The position numbers were made by a program, and so were the translations under genes. This document shows, piece by piece, positions 52,741 to 64,000 of a DNA stretch of 64,000 bases. The notes under the pieces were generated by a model. It saw nothing but the letters and a program-made list of their open reading frames with translations, was not told the DNA's origin and searched no databases. How positions within the stretch are numbered: the stretch's first letter is position 1; the number at the start of each line of letters is the position of its first letter. The stretch comes from Antedon mediterranea. Taxonomy: Eukaryota > Animalia > Echinodermata. The DNA lies in assembly GCF_964355755.1 (NCBI RefSeq), contig NC_092677.1, forward strand, positions 25,593,175 to 25,657,174. The letters are read 5' to 3'.

Positions 52741-54744
52741 ATTTGTTGCTATAGCGATCGTTAAAATAACCATTGACTTGTTTGGTTGCAACGCAAGTGA
52801 GTTGACCAATCATAAGCTATATTTTAATTAGGATTATCCCTCGCGTCGTTATTGGTCAAATTAATTGCGTCGCGCTGACGTCATTGCGTCCTAGTGGAAC
52901 CAAACTTAAAGGTGCATTCCATATCCCTTAACATATCTGCGCAGACAGTCAAGTTCGAGTGTGCCTACCTAATGTATATTCGCTCTTATATATAAAATAT
53001 AGAAATATCAAATTGCAGATAAATATCTCTAACATAATCTATATTTGGTAAGCCTGATAATATTTTTGAATGACAAATTTAAGTAACGTTAATGTTATTT
53101 AGGGCCCTAGTTTCCCACAATAAACCATTGTATTGATGGCGCACAAAACAATATTTGTAGTTTTTAAGAACAATAACAACAATGTACAGTAATATACTAA
53201 CCGGTTTTATACATATTTATCTATTTAGAAAAAACTTATATTTTTAAAAGTGGTTTTGATAACTTAACTGAATTTAACCAACACGTCGGTGTTTGTAAAT
53301 ATAAAAAAAAAACATAACAATTTTAATCCGCAATGTAATCATGGATAACATGGGTGTGTTTATTATTTTTTAATGAGCGGAATAAAAATAAATAAATTAT
53401 ATTATATTTTATGAATGTTGTGTTATATGAACTTCCTATTTTTAATCTAATGTTATTTTATGTATAAATATGTTTTTTAATAAAAAAAAAATCTTATTTT
53501 AGCTAAAACAAAACGAGCGAGAGAGGTGGAAAATAAATATGTTTATAGAAAATTAACAAGATATCAAGTTGAAGTTGTAAATATGTTTTTAATTTAGAAA
53601 CAAATGACTGTGTGGTGTGTTATTTTTATGAATAAAATGTTATTGCAAACCATAATCAAACAATGTGTTTTTGTATCCGTGATGTAATTCACAAAAAGTT
53701 CACAAAATTCTAGTTTTATGTTTGGCTTAGTTGCAAATATAAACATTTTGGCACTTATGGCGTATCATATTATATATACGAACTGGAATAAAAAATATCA
53801 AAAGCTCGTAAAGGAATATCAACATTGAAAAAGAATTTACGAGGCAAGTCTGCTGAAATTAAATAGACCTACATCATGCGTCCTGAAACCGCCGAGAGGG
53901 AGTGATATGAGCCTACAGCAGCCTGAGGAGTTGCCAGCCGGCCCAACTGGGCTTAGCATCACTTTGTTTGTTCCTATGATAGGCCTACAGTAACAGATTA
54001 GTTACAAACATCTCGCAGCACGTAGCCCTAAATTAAATTCATCTTTTGTTTCAAGCTGTTGCCAAGAGCAATTTGTTCGGGTTAATAATTGTAATACGAG
54101 AACAATATTATAACCGTTTATAGGAAATATATCGCGACTGCGCACCTTTAAAATGATTGAAAATCGGCTTGACATGAATTAGAAATAGCTTCCTGCTCAA
54201 CCGCGCACTTTTCAAAAAGTGTAGTCTGCCACGCTGTGTGGTGTGACACCACATTAAGACGCAAGTAATTATATGGGGCAGTGAGTGACTTTGTACGCAC
54301 GTGCACTGGTGCACCCAACGACAATTTATAAGACAAAGGTTTAAATATTCTATCTCGGCTTTCTAGAAGGCTCAAATATGCACGCTAAATAGAAATGATG
54401 TGTTGATAATGCTTTATGTAATGAACTGGTTTTTGTGTAACATCATCATGTACATGACGTCATCATCGCCACCTCTACCACCAATTCCATTTTCTTGGCA
54501 CTCACGAAACATGCCCATTATTATCACCATTCAAGGTAAGTACATTTTTGTGGTTTTGTAGTTGGTATAGTATGAAGTAGTCTAATTATGCATGTTATGT
54601 TTGCTCTCTTTGCTTTGTTTGTTGTGATGGTAAATTAATGTATTTTTAAGCTCGGATAATCAAAACAATTTAAACATGTTAAAATTACTTTTTTTTAAAT
54701 ATTGTTCTCATCTTGTTTTGCAGTATTTCGACAACAGGACAATC

Positions 54745-56127
54745 ATGTTCGGAAAAACACGGTATTTCGCACTACCGGTACTATACGTGTTCGCACTAAG
54801 TGCGTGTGCGTATGCCGAGTTCAACCACACATTTGACACCGGTGACAACGACTACTTTATATTGGAAGAAGACGAAGTAAAAATCTTAAATCTTACTATT
54901 TCTGTCTCGGAAGACATTGAACTATCCTTTACGTCATCGGATGACGGCGCTTTTAAAGTCTTAACCGATGAAGTGTACGTGTACGCTGTTGAATCACCGG
55001 TCACCGTGCAAATAGAAATACAGGGAGTGTTCCTCAGTATTGAAGAGCTTAAAGTAGAAATCACCGGGGGTACAGAAGACTATGAAATACCGGATTTAAC
55101 TGTAAAGGTCCTGCGGCCGTATTCGGTGTTAAGTGATATATTTACATACGCGCTGTTGATTTGGTTGCTGATATCATACGTGACGATGGAAACGAAAATG
55201 GATTTCTCGATTATTAAGACTAAATTTAAACCACCGATTGGAATAGTAATCGGTTTACTTTGCCAGTTTATCCTTATGCCGTTGTTAGCGTATGGGTTAT
55301 CGCACGCATTCAGCCTGTCGGATGAATCGGCCATCGGGTTGATTTTGGACGGTACATGCCCCGGTGGGTGGCTTAGCAACGTGTTCAGTCTTCTTCTAGA
55401 CTGTGATTTTGTTCTCAGTCTCACCATGACGTTTTGCTCAACCGTTCTTGCCTTGGGTATGATGCCTCTAAATTTGTTTATATACACAGGGACATTTGCA
55501 GAGGATAACGAAAACTTGGAGACTCCGTTTTTCGAACTTGTGCAACAGCTTCTAATATTGGTCATACCCGTCGGTATAGGGATCGTTATTCTTTACAAAT
55601 GGCCTAAAGGTGTTACGATTTGTGAAAAGTTACTCAAACCGTTTGCCACTGTGGTAATAATCATCGCGCTAGGCCTAGGAATACCAGCTGAGATCTACGT
55701 TTTCTTATCACCGTTAGAGATCTGGTTGTCAGCCGCGCTCTTTCCTCTGATTGGATCAATATTAGGCCTTGTGTTTGCGTTGATTGGTCGACTGGATAGA
55801 GCGTCAGCGGTCACTGTAGCCTTAGAGGTCGGAGTTCAAAACAGCTTGCTCGCTAAAACTATGGTCGACCTTGCCTACCCTGAGCCAGAATCAGACCTAA
55901 TATCTAGAGTGCCTCTGCTTATCGCGCTCGTCACGCTTATCGAAGGCAGTATCATAACAGCTGTCTACGTTCTCGTCAAACGTTTTTGGTATAAAAAGGA
56001 CGACGAAATCGATTTAACTCGTGAAGCAAAGGGCGTAGAGCTCAGTCAAGGAAACGAAGCTGGTGGGCCTAAGACTGAGGCAGACGTTGGCGCCCAATCA
56101 AATCCCGGGTTTACCGCCGAAAATTAA
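54745..56127 (+). CDS. SLC10 family transporter, paralog 3 (more divergent)
   Basis: Likely start MFGKTRYF at 54745, after a 5'UTR intron (donor 54536, acceptor 54723), giving a signal peptide. Motifs LCQFILMP, GTCPGG, ALEVGVQNS. Confidence 0.92.
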   Translation: MFGKTRYFALPVLYVFALSACAYAEFNHTFDTGDNDYFILEEDEVKILNLTISVSEDIELSFTSSDDGAFKVLTDEVYVYAVESPVTVQIEIQGVFLSIEELKVEITGGTEDYEIPDLTVKVLRPYSVLSDIFTYALLIWLLISYVTMETKMDFSIIKTKFKPPIGIVIGLLCQFILMPLLAYGLSHAFSLSDESAIGLILDGTCPGGWLSNVFSLLLDCDFVLSLTMTFCSTVLALGMMPLNLFIYTGTFAEDNENLETPFFELVQQLLILVIPVGIGIVILYKWPKGVTICEKLLKPFATVVIIIALGLGIPAEIYVFLSPLEIWLSAALFPLIGSILGLVFALIGRLDRASAVTVALEVGVQNSLLAKTMVDLAYPEPESDLISRVPLLIALVTLIEGSIITAVYVLVKRFWYKKDDEIDLTREAKGVELSQGNEAGGPKTEADVGAQSNPGFTAEN

Positions 56128-56626
56128 GACAATTCTGAAGATGATACTGTATTATCTTAAATTCTGGTTTAAAGATGTATTTTCCCCCAGAAAAAATAAT
56201 TATTTAAAAAATTTCTGTTGAATGCGCCAATTTAATGTCACATAATAGTTTGTTTGTTTTTTATTTACCTGAAAAACTGTAATTTAAAGGAAAAATGTAA
56301 TTGTTTGCAAGCCAATGGGTTTTTGGTTGAATTTAACCATTTATTTTGTCATTTTATAAGTGAGACTCTACAGAAGTTATTAACTTTATTATTATTAATT
56401 ATTAAAACTTATTTATAATAATCTATTAACTTATGGTATCGCATGATAAACATTAACATAAAAAAACATGTTTCTATGCTCTGATGTTAGTTTATTATTA
56501 TTATAGTTAGAAATTCTTACAAATGAATTCCCCAACTAATCTTGTATCAATTTCTTAGAATCAATATATATCAATCGTTAATAATCTAAATTTATTGATG
56601 GCAAAATTACTGTCCAATTTTTTTAT

Positions 56627-58908
56627 TTAACATTTCATATTAATGTATTCTGAAATGTGTTTCTCAGATCCTTCGATCTTGTTACCATGGCTACTCTCGA
56701 CGCAATAGCACACTGAGCCATGACACTGGACAGCCTTGTAATCACCAGACGCATTGCATTCTGGGATAAATGCTCCCATTTTTGGTTCACCGATCATGGT
56801 CTCATAACGTTCTCTTTGACATTCTGAAGAGAATAAATATCATTATTAAGCTAGGTTCCGGAAATGGCTTCGGAAACATGAAGTAGGCACAACGCAAGTA
56901 GGTTGACCAATCGACAATTTGACGATCTATCACGTCGTGATTGGTCAATTACTTGCGGCGCGCGTAAACGAATCCAATTTGTAATACATTGTATAATTAA
57001 CAAATAGTTGTATATATTAACATAATAATGATATGTAGGTAATACTGTAAACCATTCTTGCTAAATTGTTATCGATATTCAGTAGAACCCCTATTAAGGG
57101 GACATCTTCAGGATCAAGAAAAGTGCCATCTTAATAGCGGTGCCCTTAATAGAGGTTGGCCGTAGTGTTGGACGAAGTTCGTTTCACTAGAAAATATCCC
57201 TTTATTAGTGGCGTCCCAAAAGAGGGATGTTCTACTGTTTGTTTGTATAAAAAAGATATATAAAAAATGCTTATAAATAAATTTGTATGGAATTCTAAAA
57301 TGTAAAAATGTGTTTTTGAAAGTTTTTTCCGAAAAAAAAATTGTATATTTAAGAATTGACGCACCACACGTGACCTCATCGGCTTCCCATACGTCAGACT
57401 TGCCTCCAATTCGGTTACCCTCCGCACTTACACAATAACATCTAAACAAGAAAACAATAATATGATAATATTCATCTTGAAACATACAGTTCAATCATTT
57501 GGTATAGCACAAGTAGGTAAATTTATGGGCCATTGGGGTATAAACTTAAAACCTTTGACAATAAATACATGAACCATTTTTTGTCGAATTCTGAAGCACA
57601 AATTGTTTACTGTGAGTTTAGGTACTGTATATATAGTGTATCGTTACATGTAGTTTACTATTTCAATCGACTATGACAGGGACAGTTTTAAGAACGTATT
57701 AAATCGCAAATGTTTTACTGTGTTTAGTGGTATATTATTTATAAAACACAAATATGTCGTTTACGGATAAAGAATATATCTAAAAATAGTTCCTCTTTGC
57801 ACCCATCCTATTACCATCCCTCAACCCCAATGTTGCATACAAAACACAAATTGGGTTTGTTTAAATTTGACTCAAGCAATTCACAGGGTGCTAATTTTAG
57901 TTCACTGCATAAATCATCGTGGTCTATTCGTTACGTACATTTGAAATCGCCCTACAGGTGTCAGTCGGATGGTCTGTCGGTCGGTAAACACTAAATCAAA
58001 TTTGAGCTCGCGACTGCAGCCATGTATATGACCTTCTGTGGGCACGACCTAGATGGTACGCTCGCGTACCATTAAACAAATTAAAACAGTCACGTACGTA
58101 ACTATACTGAATACAAACTTACACGGCTTCTGTGCATTGTTTAGGTGAGAATGTGCCATCATCCTCGCATTCTGGGAGGTCCAACCCCAACACTGGTTCG
58201 GTTATTTGGCTTTTTCGGTCGTACTCAGCCTGGCACTCTGTTAAACATCAAATGCACAATTAATATATGTAAATATTTAATAATTGGCACAGAATCTGAA
58301 GCATTGCGGTAGCAAAACGGCACCACAGTATTGAACCTCGTATGCAAAGAATTGAAAAATATGCGCTGCTGCTCTGGTGTTTAAAGCTCCATACATTTAA
58401 GTGACTAATTTAAATGTGGTTTGCTAAAAAGTAACATTAAATGCGTAAATGTAGTTTGCAAAGATGTAATTAATGTGGTTTACCTCCGAGTTGGCTGCAG
58501 AGCAGACTATCCTGGTCACAATACAAGCCACTGGCACATTCCGTGTAAAGAGGAGCTCCAAATAAAAGTGGTGGACAAACTTCACCTTCTCCTGAAAAAT
58601 CAAACAAACGCAATATGTTTTATCACAACGCGTAGCGACGGCGGACGGACGCAGAGTTTGGATCATAGTACTGTAGTAGTTATACGCATCGCGTCTTTTA
58701 AAGTACACTAATGATAATAATATAAGTGTATATTACCTAACTGGACTACACAGGTCTCACAGCAGCCGCAGTATCCGCCATTTGGTTCCAATCGACCATC
58801 GCACTCCTCAACGGGTTCGCATTCAAAGTCCTTACAGGCTTCTGGCCCGCAGTATATGGCAGAGCTCGCTGCAACAGCGCAAATCAAAACTGAGAGGAAT
58901 AACTTCAT
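56627..58908 (-). CDS. Secreted Cys-rich protein: IGFBP-N-like domain plus two thyroglobulin type-1 domains (222 aa, 5 exons)
   Basis: Exons 58908-58737, 58591-58484, 58237-58123, 57441-57365, 56823-56627 are in phase. Signal peptide; GYCGCCETC..LGEGEVC..CASGLYC; TY motifs PECEDDGTFSPKQC..CYCVS..G and FIPECNASGDYKAVQCHGSVCYCVE..G. Confidence 0.9.
57080..57237. mobile_element. Pogo/Tigger-like MITE in intron 4 of the TY-domain gene
   Basis: cagtagaac...gttctactg termini; internal cccctattaaggggaca motif. Confidence 0.65.
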
Positions 58909-59397
58909 GACTGCTTGTACGTTTTACGCAAAGTCTTGTAGAGGTTTTGTCTTGGAGAAAATGAACGAACGAGTAATACTTTCTCGTGTTTTTATACACT
59001 TTGACAGATTATTGTTGTATTGCGTTGGGAATTTGATTAATTTACACAGGTTTTGGGTGATCACAGATGGTGATAACATTAGCCATTGTCCAAACCTAAC
59101 TATCTAGGCCTATATTGTTTTGTTTATCGATTACAGATATAAGATTGTACATATTAGAATATAAGAAAAACCGGCTTTAGGCTGATATGGGGTTTGTCAT
59201 ACGTGTGGATATTTCAACATTTTCAGCATTTGGATTTCGTTATCAATATTTGTAATAACAGATAACAAATTAAATTAATAAGCTATATCATTGTAACGGG
59301 TTTCACTAATTGTCGTGAAGTAACCACGTGTATTATTTCGAAATCCAGTTGCAAAATATCGACTGAATGCATTTATTGAGGTAACATGCGCAGGGAT

Positions 59398-60410
59398 AGA
59401 GTGGGCTCGGGTGTTCCTCAGGGATCAGTGTTAGGCCCGCTTCTATTTAATCTCTTTGTTTATGACCTACCTCTATATACCTCTTCTGTTGTGAAGCAGT
59501 ATGCATATGATACAGTAATTTATAAACCTGTATTCAGTCTTCATGATGCACTTACCTTACAACAGGATCTGTGTAAAATTTCCAAATGGTATGAGGATAA
59601 TAAAATGAAATTAAATGCAAAGAAGTGTAAAGTCATGCACATAACTAGGAAACGTAATTATATCCCTCATTTTATTTATACAATCGAATCCAATCCCCTT
59701 GAAGCTGTTAATTCACATAAATATCTTGGTATTAACTTCTCACGTGATTTAACATGGTCTGCTCACGTTAATGATGTATCGATGAAATCAATGAGAATGC
59801 TTGGGTTTATCAAACGGTTTGTAGGTTTCAATGACACCGAAATTTTACTACGACTTTTTAATGCACTATGTCGACCTGTTATTGAATATGGTGCTCCTGT
59901 GTGGGATCCACATCAAAAACAACATAATATAGCTATTAACAAGTCATTAAGACGGGTTACTAAATTGTGTGTTGAAGGCGATTTCACTGACAGGCTTAAG
60001 ATACTAAATTTACCAGATATGGTTCAAAGAATGAAATTTCATAGTATAATTTTTGTAGTTAAGTGTTTGCATAATTTAATTGATTTTGATATATTTGAAT
60101 ACCTTACAATTAATTCTCGGTATCCAGAGTCGCTCACCTTTAAACACATGTATGCTAGAACTAATGCATTTAAATACTCCCTGTTTGTTAATTTCCCTCG
60201 AATATGGGAATGTATCCCGCATGAAGTTCGTAACAAAGTCCTGTTTAACTTTGTGGAGTTTAGAAGGGATTTGAAAAAAATGTATTACTGATATCGAATT
60301 CATCTAGACTATCACTGTGTTTTTATGTCTTTTGCGTTTTTCGTACTATTAGTTGGGAAAGCCACTCGATAGTGCAGTTCTTTTGAACTGATCCACTTTT
60401 GGTTTATGTT
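59398..60410 (+). mobile_element. 5'-truncated non-LTR retrotransposon (CR1-group) reverse transcriptase fragment
   Basis: SGVPQGSVLGPLLF, catalytic YADD changed to YAYD, KYLGI, RPVIEYGAPVWDPH; no endonuclease domain. Confidence 0.9.
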
Positions 60411-61407
60411 ATTATTCTGTACATGCCAATTATTTCGAAAATTGGTTATTTTTCAAAAATTTCCCTGTAAGCCCACAGGGATTTTTTCCAAAAATGGCCA
60501 AAATATCAACTTTTTAAAATCAATAATTATACCATAATGTTGCCATATATGGGCATATATGTTTTATCATCATCTTATAGGGCCATACTAACTAGTTATG
60601 TCGAAAAATAAAAAGATCGAAATTTGGTCATATTTCGACCTTTTTATTTTTTGACATAACGACGTAGAAGAGGAGGATCCCATATGTATGTATGTATGTG
60701 GTAACCATTTATGTCAAAAAATAAAAAGGTTGAAAATTGGCCATTTTTCGAAAATTTCCTGTACTATAGTACAGGGATTTTTTCCAAAAATGACCAATTT
60801 TCGACCCTTTTATTTTTCGATAAAACTGGTTACTATAGCACAGTTGACATGCGCAGAACGCATTATTCGACTTTGCGTATGTTTATTATGCTATAGCATG
60901 GATTAAAGAATAGAAGGATATGCATCGACGGTGACATCAAACGATTTTACAACGCGCTTGCCTATACTAAAGCACTGCTGCCAATCAAACAAACACGCTC
61001 ATTGAACTCCGTGTCTCTAACCGCGGCCCTCTGTAAAACGCTTCGAATCAACTGTTACATTTTTTGAGACCAAAACGTAAGCATGTAGAAATCGTATGCG
61101 CAGTCTGAATGTTCTATTGACATGTCTGCGTCGATGATTAATTGACAACAAAAATATATTGCTGAATAATTCTGTTTTAGTTTCATCACAATCGGACTAC
61201 GAAAAGTTCACTTTCTTACGACTGGTAATTTTAAGTAGTTGGTAATATTAATAAAATATGCAATTTTTATATTTGAATTATCATTATTTGCCTGCCATCT
61301 TCTGTCATTAAAAATTGCGTTAATCTATAGAATATTAAATTATGCATTTGACCATGTATGTTGTTAGCGTGGCCGGTGTTCACCCATACAACAATCGTGT
61401 TTTTAAT

Positions 61408-63158
61408 GGTTCTAGGACACCTACCCCCTAGACAGTTACCCCCCGGATGTTTACCACCCGGACAACTACCCCCTTAGGACAACTACCCCCCGGACAACTA
61501 CCCCCCGGACAACTACCCTCTTAGGACAACTACCCCCTTAGGATAACAACCCCCCGGACAACTACCCCCCGGACAACCACCCCCTTAGGACAACTACCCC
61601 CTTAGGATAACTACCCCCCGGTCAACTACCCCCGGTCAACTACCCCCCGGTCAACTACCCCCCGGTCAACTACCCCCCGGTCAACTACCCCCCCCCCCCC
61701 CAATCCAAAAGTAGACAAATATATAGGACCGGTTTCTGTAAAAATGAAATCATCTGTTTTTAACGGGTGTTTCGAAACTAGAGACTAGAGACCTGACACG
61801 AGACCCAATACGAAAAGGGAGACCTATATTTGGGTCTCCCTTTTTCGTATATTAGGGTCTCCCTTTTCGTATAGTGTGGTCTCTCTTTTCGTATAGTGGG
61901 GTCTCCCTTTTCTTATAGTGGGTCTCCCTTTTCGTATATTTAGGTCTCCCATTTCGTATATTTGGGTCTCCCTTTTCGTATATTTGGTCTCCCTTTTCGT
62001 ATATTTAGGTCTCCCTTTTCGTATATTAGGGTCTCCCTTTTTGTATAGTGGGGTCTCCCTTTTTGTATAGTGGGGTCTCCCTTTTCGTATATTTAGGTCT
62101 CCCTTTTCGTATAGTGGGGTCTCCCTTTTCGTACGTGGGTCTCCCTTTTCGTATATTTAGGTCTCTCTTTTCGTATTGGGTCTCGGGTCTCTGGTCTCGG
62201 GTCTCTAGTTTCGAAACACCCGTTTTTAACCGATTATTCTGTTTAACAGCACGCTAGACCCTAGATGTGCTAGATTTAAAGTACCGTATTTATTGAAAAA
62301 ACGGCCTGGGCTGTTTATTGTTTAGGTGGTTTTTAGGTGGACATTTATTGGAAGAAAGTTGTTTATTCAATGGGAGGGGGTATAATCTAATGGAAATAGA
62401 CGCCGATTATTCCATATGATGTTTCATGGGAGTGACATGGTCACCGTTTATTTGAGGGGAATTTATTTAAAGATCGACGTTTATTCGGTGAGTGAACATT
62501 GAGGTCAAATATCAAAAGTGATATTATTCTTCAAGTGTACAAAAATACATATATGACAAATTTGAGATAAAAATTAATTCTTTTAAGACCAGTGGTTATC
62601 GAAGCATTGTCCTGACGCAAAAATTATTATTATTATTAGCGAACCCAGTCTTTACAGTAAATACATGGAGTACTATATAATACGTTCGACTATCCTATGA
62701 TCATGTGTGACAATCTTCAGTTTATACCACCAGGCTATATTTATGTTCAATCTTTTACTTTTGTTTACAATAATGAATAGTAATTCGTCAAAGTAACGAA
62801 TTAAAATATAGTTATTAATTAATAGTTGCAGAGTCAGGTTGTTGAATGGTCTGGGTGGTTAGGGTGTTCTAAAGGGATAGTTTTCTGGGTGGTAATTGTC
62901 CGGGGGGTAATTGTCCGGGGGGTAATTGTCCGGGGGGTAATTGTTCCTAGGGGGTAATTGTCCGGGGGGTAGTTGTCCAGGGGGTAGTTGTCCTAAGGGG
63001 GTTGTTGTCCTAAGGGGGTAGTTGTCCGGGGAGTATTTGTCCGGGGGGTAGTTGTCCTAAAGGGGTAGTTGTCCTAAGGGGGTAGTGGTCCAGGTGGTGG
63101 TTGTCCGGGGGGTAGTTGTCCGGGGGGTAAATGTCCAGGGGGTGAATATCCGGATACG
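61408..63158. mobile_element. Foldback (TU/MULE-like) element with 15-bp tandem-repeat arms
   Basis: Left arm (ggacaactacccccc)n, right arm its reverse complement; 9-bp TSD GTTTTTAAT at 61399-61407 and 63159-63167. Confidence 0.88.
61765..62221. mobile_element. Nested MITE with internal tandem repeats
   Basis: TIR gggtgtttcgaaactagagac; internal gggtctcccttttcgtata units; 9-bp TSD GTTTTTAAC at 61756-61764 and 62222-62230. Confidence 0.9.
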
Positions 63159-64000
63159 GTTTTTAATATATGGCTAAGCAGTGGTTTCTTCATAAATCTC
63201 CTTAATTATCGATGTGATTATATTTAAATTGTAGTGCCTGGTGATTGGCTAGTGGTTATGTCATCCACATCACATCCAATCACCGGGTCTAATTGAATGA
63301 AAATAGCGATCCCTGATCCGGGATTGGCTGGCTATGTATAGTTGCGATTCGTGTTCCCACTAGCGACGCAGATTAGCCTAGGCCTACCTAGGCAGTATCA
63401 ATGTCGGCAAATCATATGGTTTACTAGTAAGCCTAGGCCTAGTATTGCTGATTTTGTAATTTTACATGTAGGCTGAGACAACAAATAAATAGTTATTGTC
63501 TCAGATGTAGGGCTACTACAGGTCATAAAATGCTACTTTAATGTCATAGGCCTAAAAACATTAGCGTAGATCAATCGCGGCAGAAACCTATACTAATTAC
63601 AATTATAGCATCTAATATTCTAAGCCAATAACAATATAGTATTGTTTTTATCTGGTATATTGATGAAGTAGGCCTACACTAAGGTCTTCACAATAACATA
63701 AAATGTAATTTAATAACTGTTTTCAATGGCGTGAGGCAGAGGCCTGAAGCCACTTGTTTAGGAAACCTAAGTGGCCCTCCAAAATTTTCAAAGATCGAGG
63801 CCTCGGACGTTTTTAGCATTTTCGACAAATTTTATTCCTGTTCCTCTGGGCACTGCTCATGGGCCCCAAGCTTCGGTTTAGCCAGTGAGCGCACATATCC
63901 GTTACGCCACTGATTATACTGTTCAAATATGTATGAATACATACAGTGCAACAAAGAACGCGCGAAAGAAGCGTAGTCAACACGGTTAAATGTCGTTGCA

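Noticed and set aside
54676-54744. Upstream ATG extension of SLC10 paralog 3
   Set aside because: It lies largely in a probable intron ending at tttgcag (54723); the ATG at 54745 gives a proper signal peptide.
59386-60291. Active or domesticated reverse transcriptase
   Set aside because: It is 5'-truncated within the RT domain and the catalytic YADD reads YAYD, so it is a dead copy.

Overview
AT-rich, intron-containing animal genomic DNA, most likely from a marine invertebrate deuterostome such as an echinoderm (inferred from a Deu-domain SINE, TAGGCCTA-rich introns and TU-like foldback DNA). I reconstructed spliced genes by hand from GT-AG boundaries and frame continuity: PRMT7 (+), MVD (-), CNEP1R1 (-, with a probable U12 minor intron), an RRM-bearing NCOA5/Neosin-like gene (+, head-to-head with CNEP1R1), three tandem single-coding-exon SLC10A3/A5-like transporters (+), and a secreted IGFBP-N-like plus two thyroglobulin type-1 domain protein (-). 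There is also a candidate orphan 88-aa ORF. Introns and intergenic DNA carry many MITEs and foldback elements, tRNA-derived SINEs, LINE remnants and minisatellites. I found no clearly new biological system. The best leads are nested foldback elements sharing a near-identical 9-bp target site, TAGGCCTA/CTAG clusters marking first introns, LC8-like and NPxF-like motifs in the SLC10 tails, and the IGFBP-like architecture. All family assignments come from recognised motifs; no searches were run.
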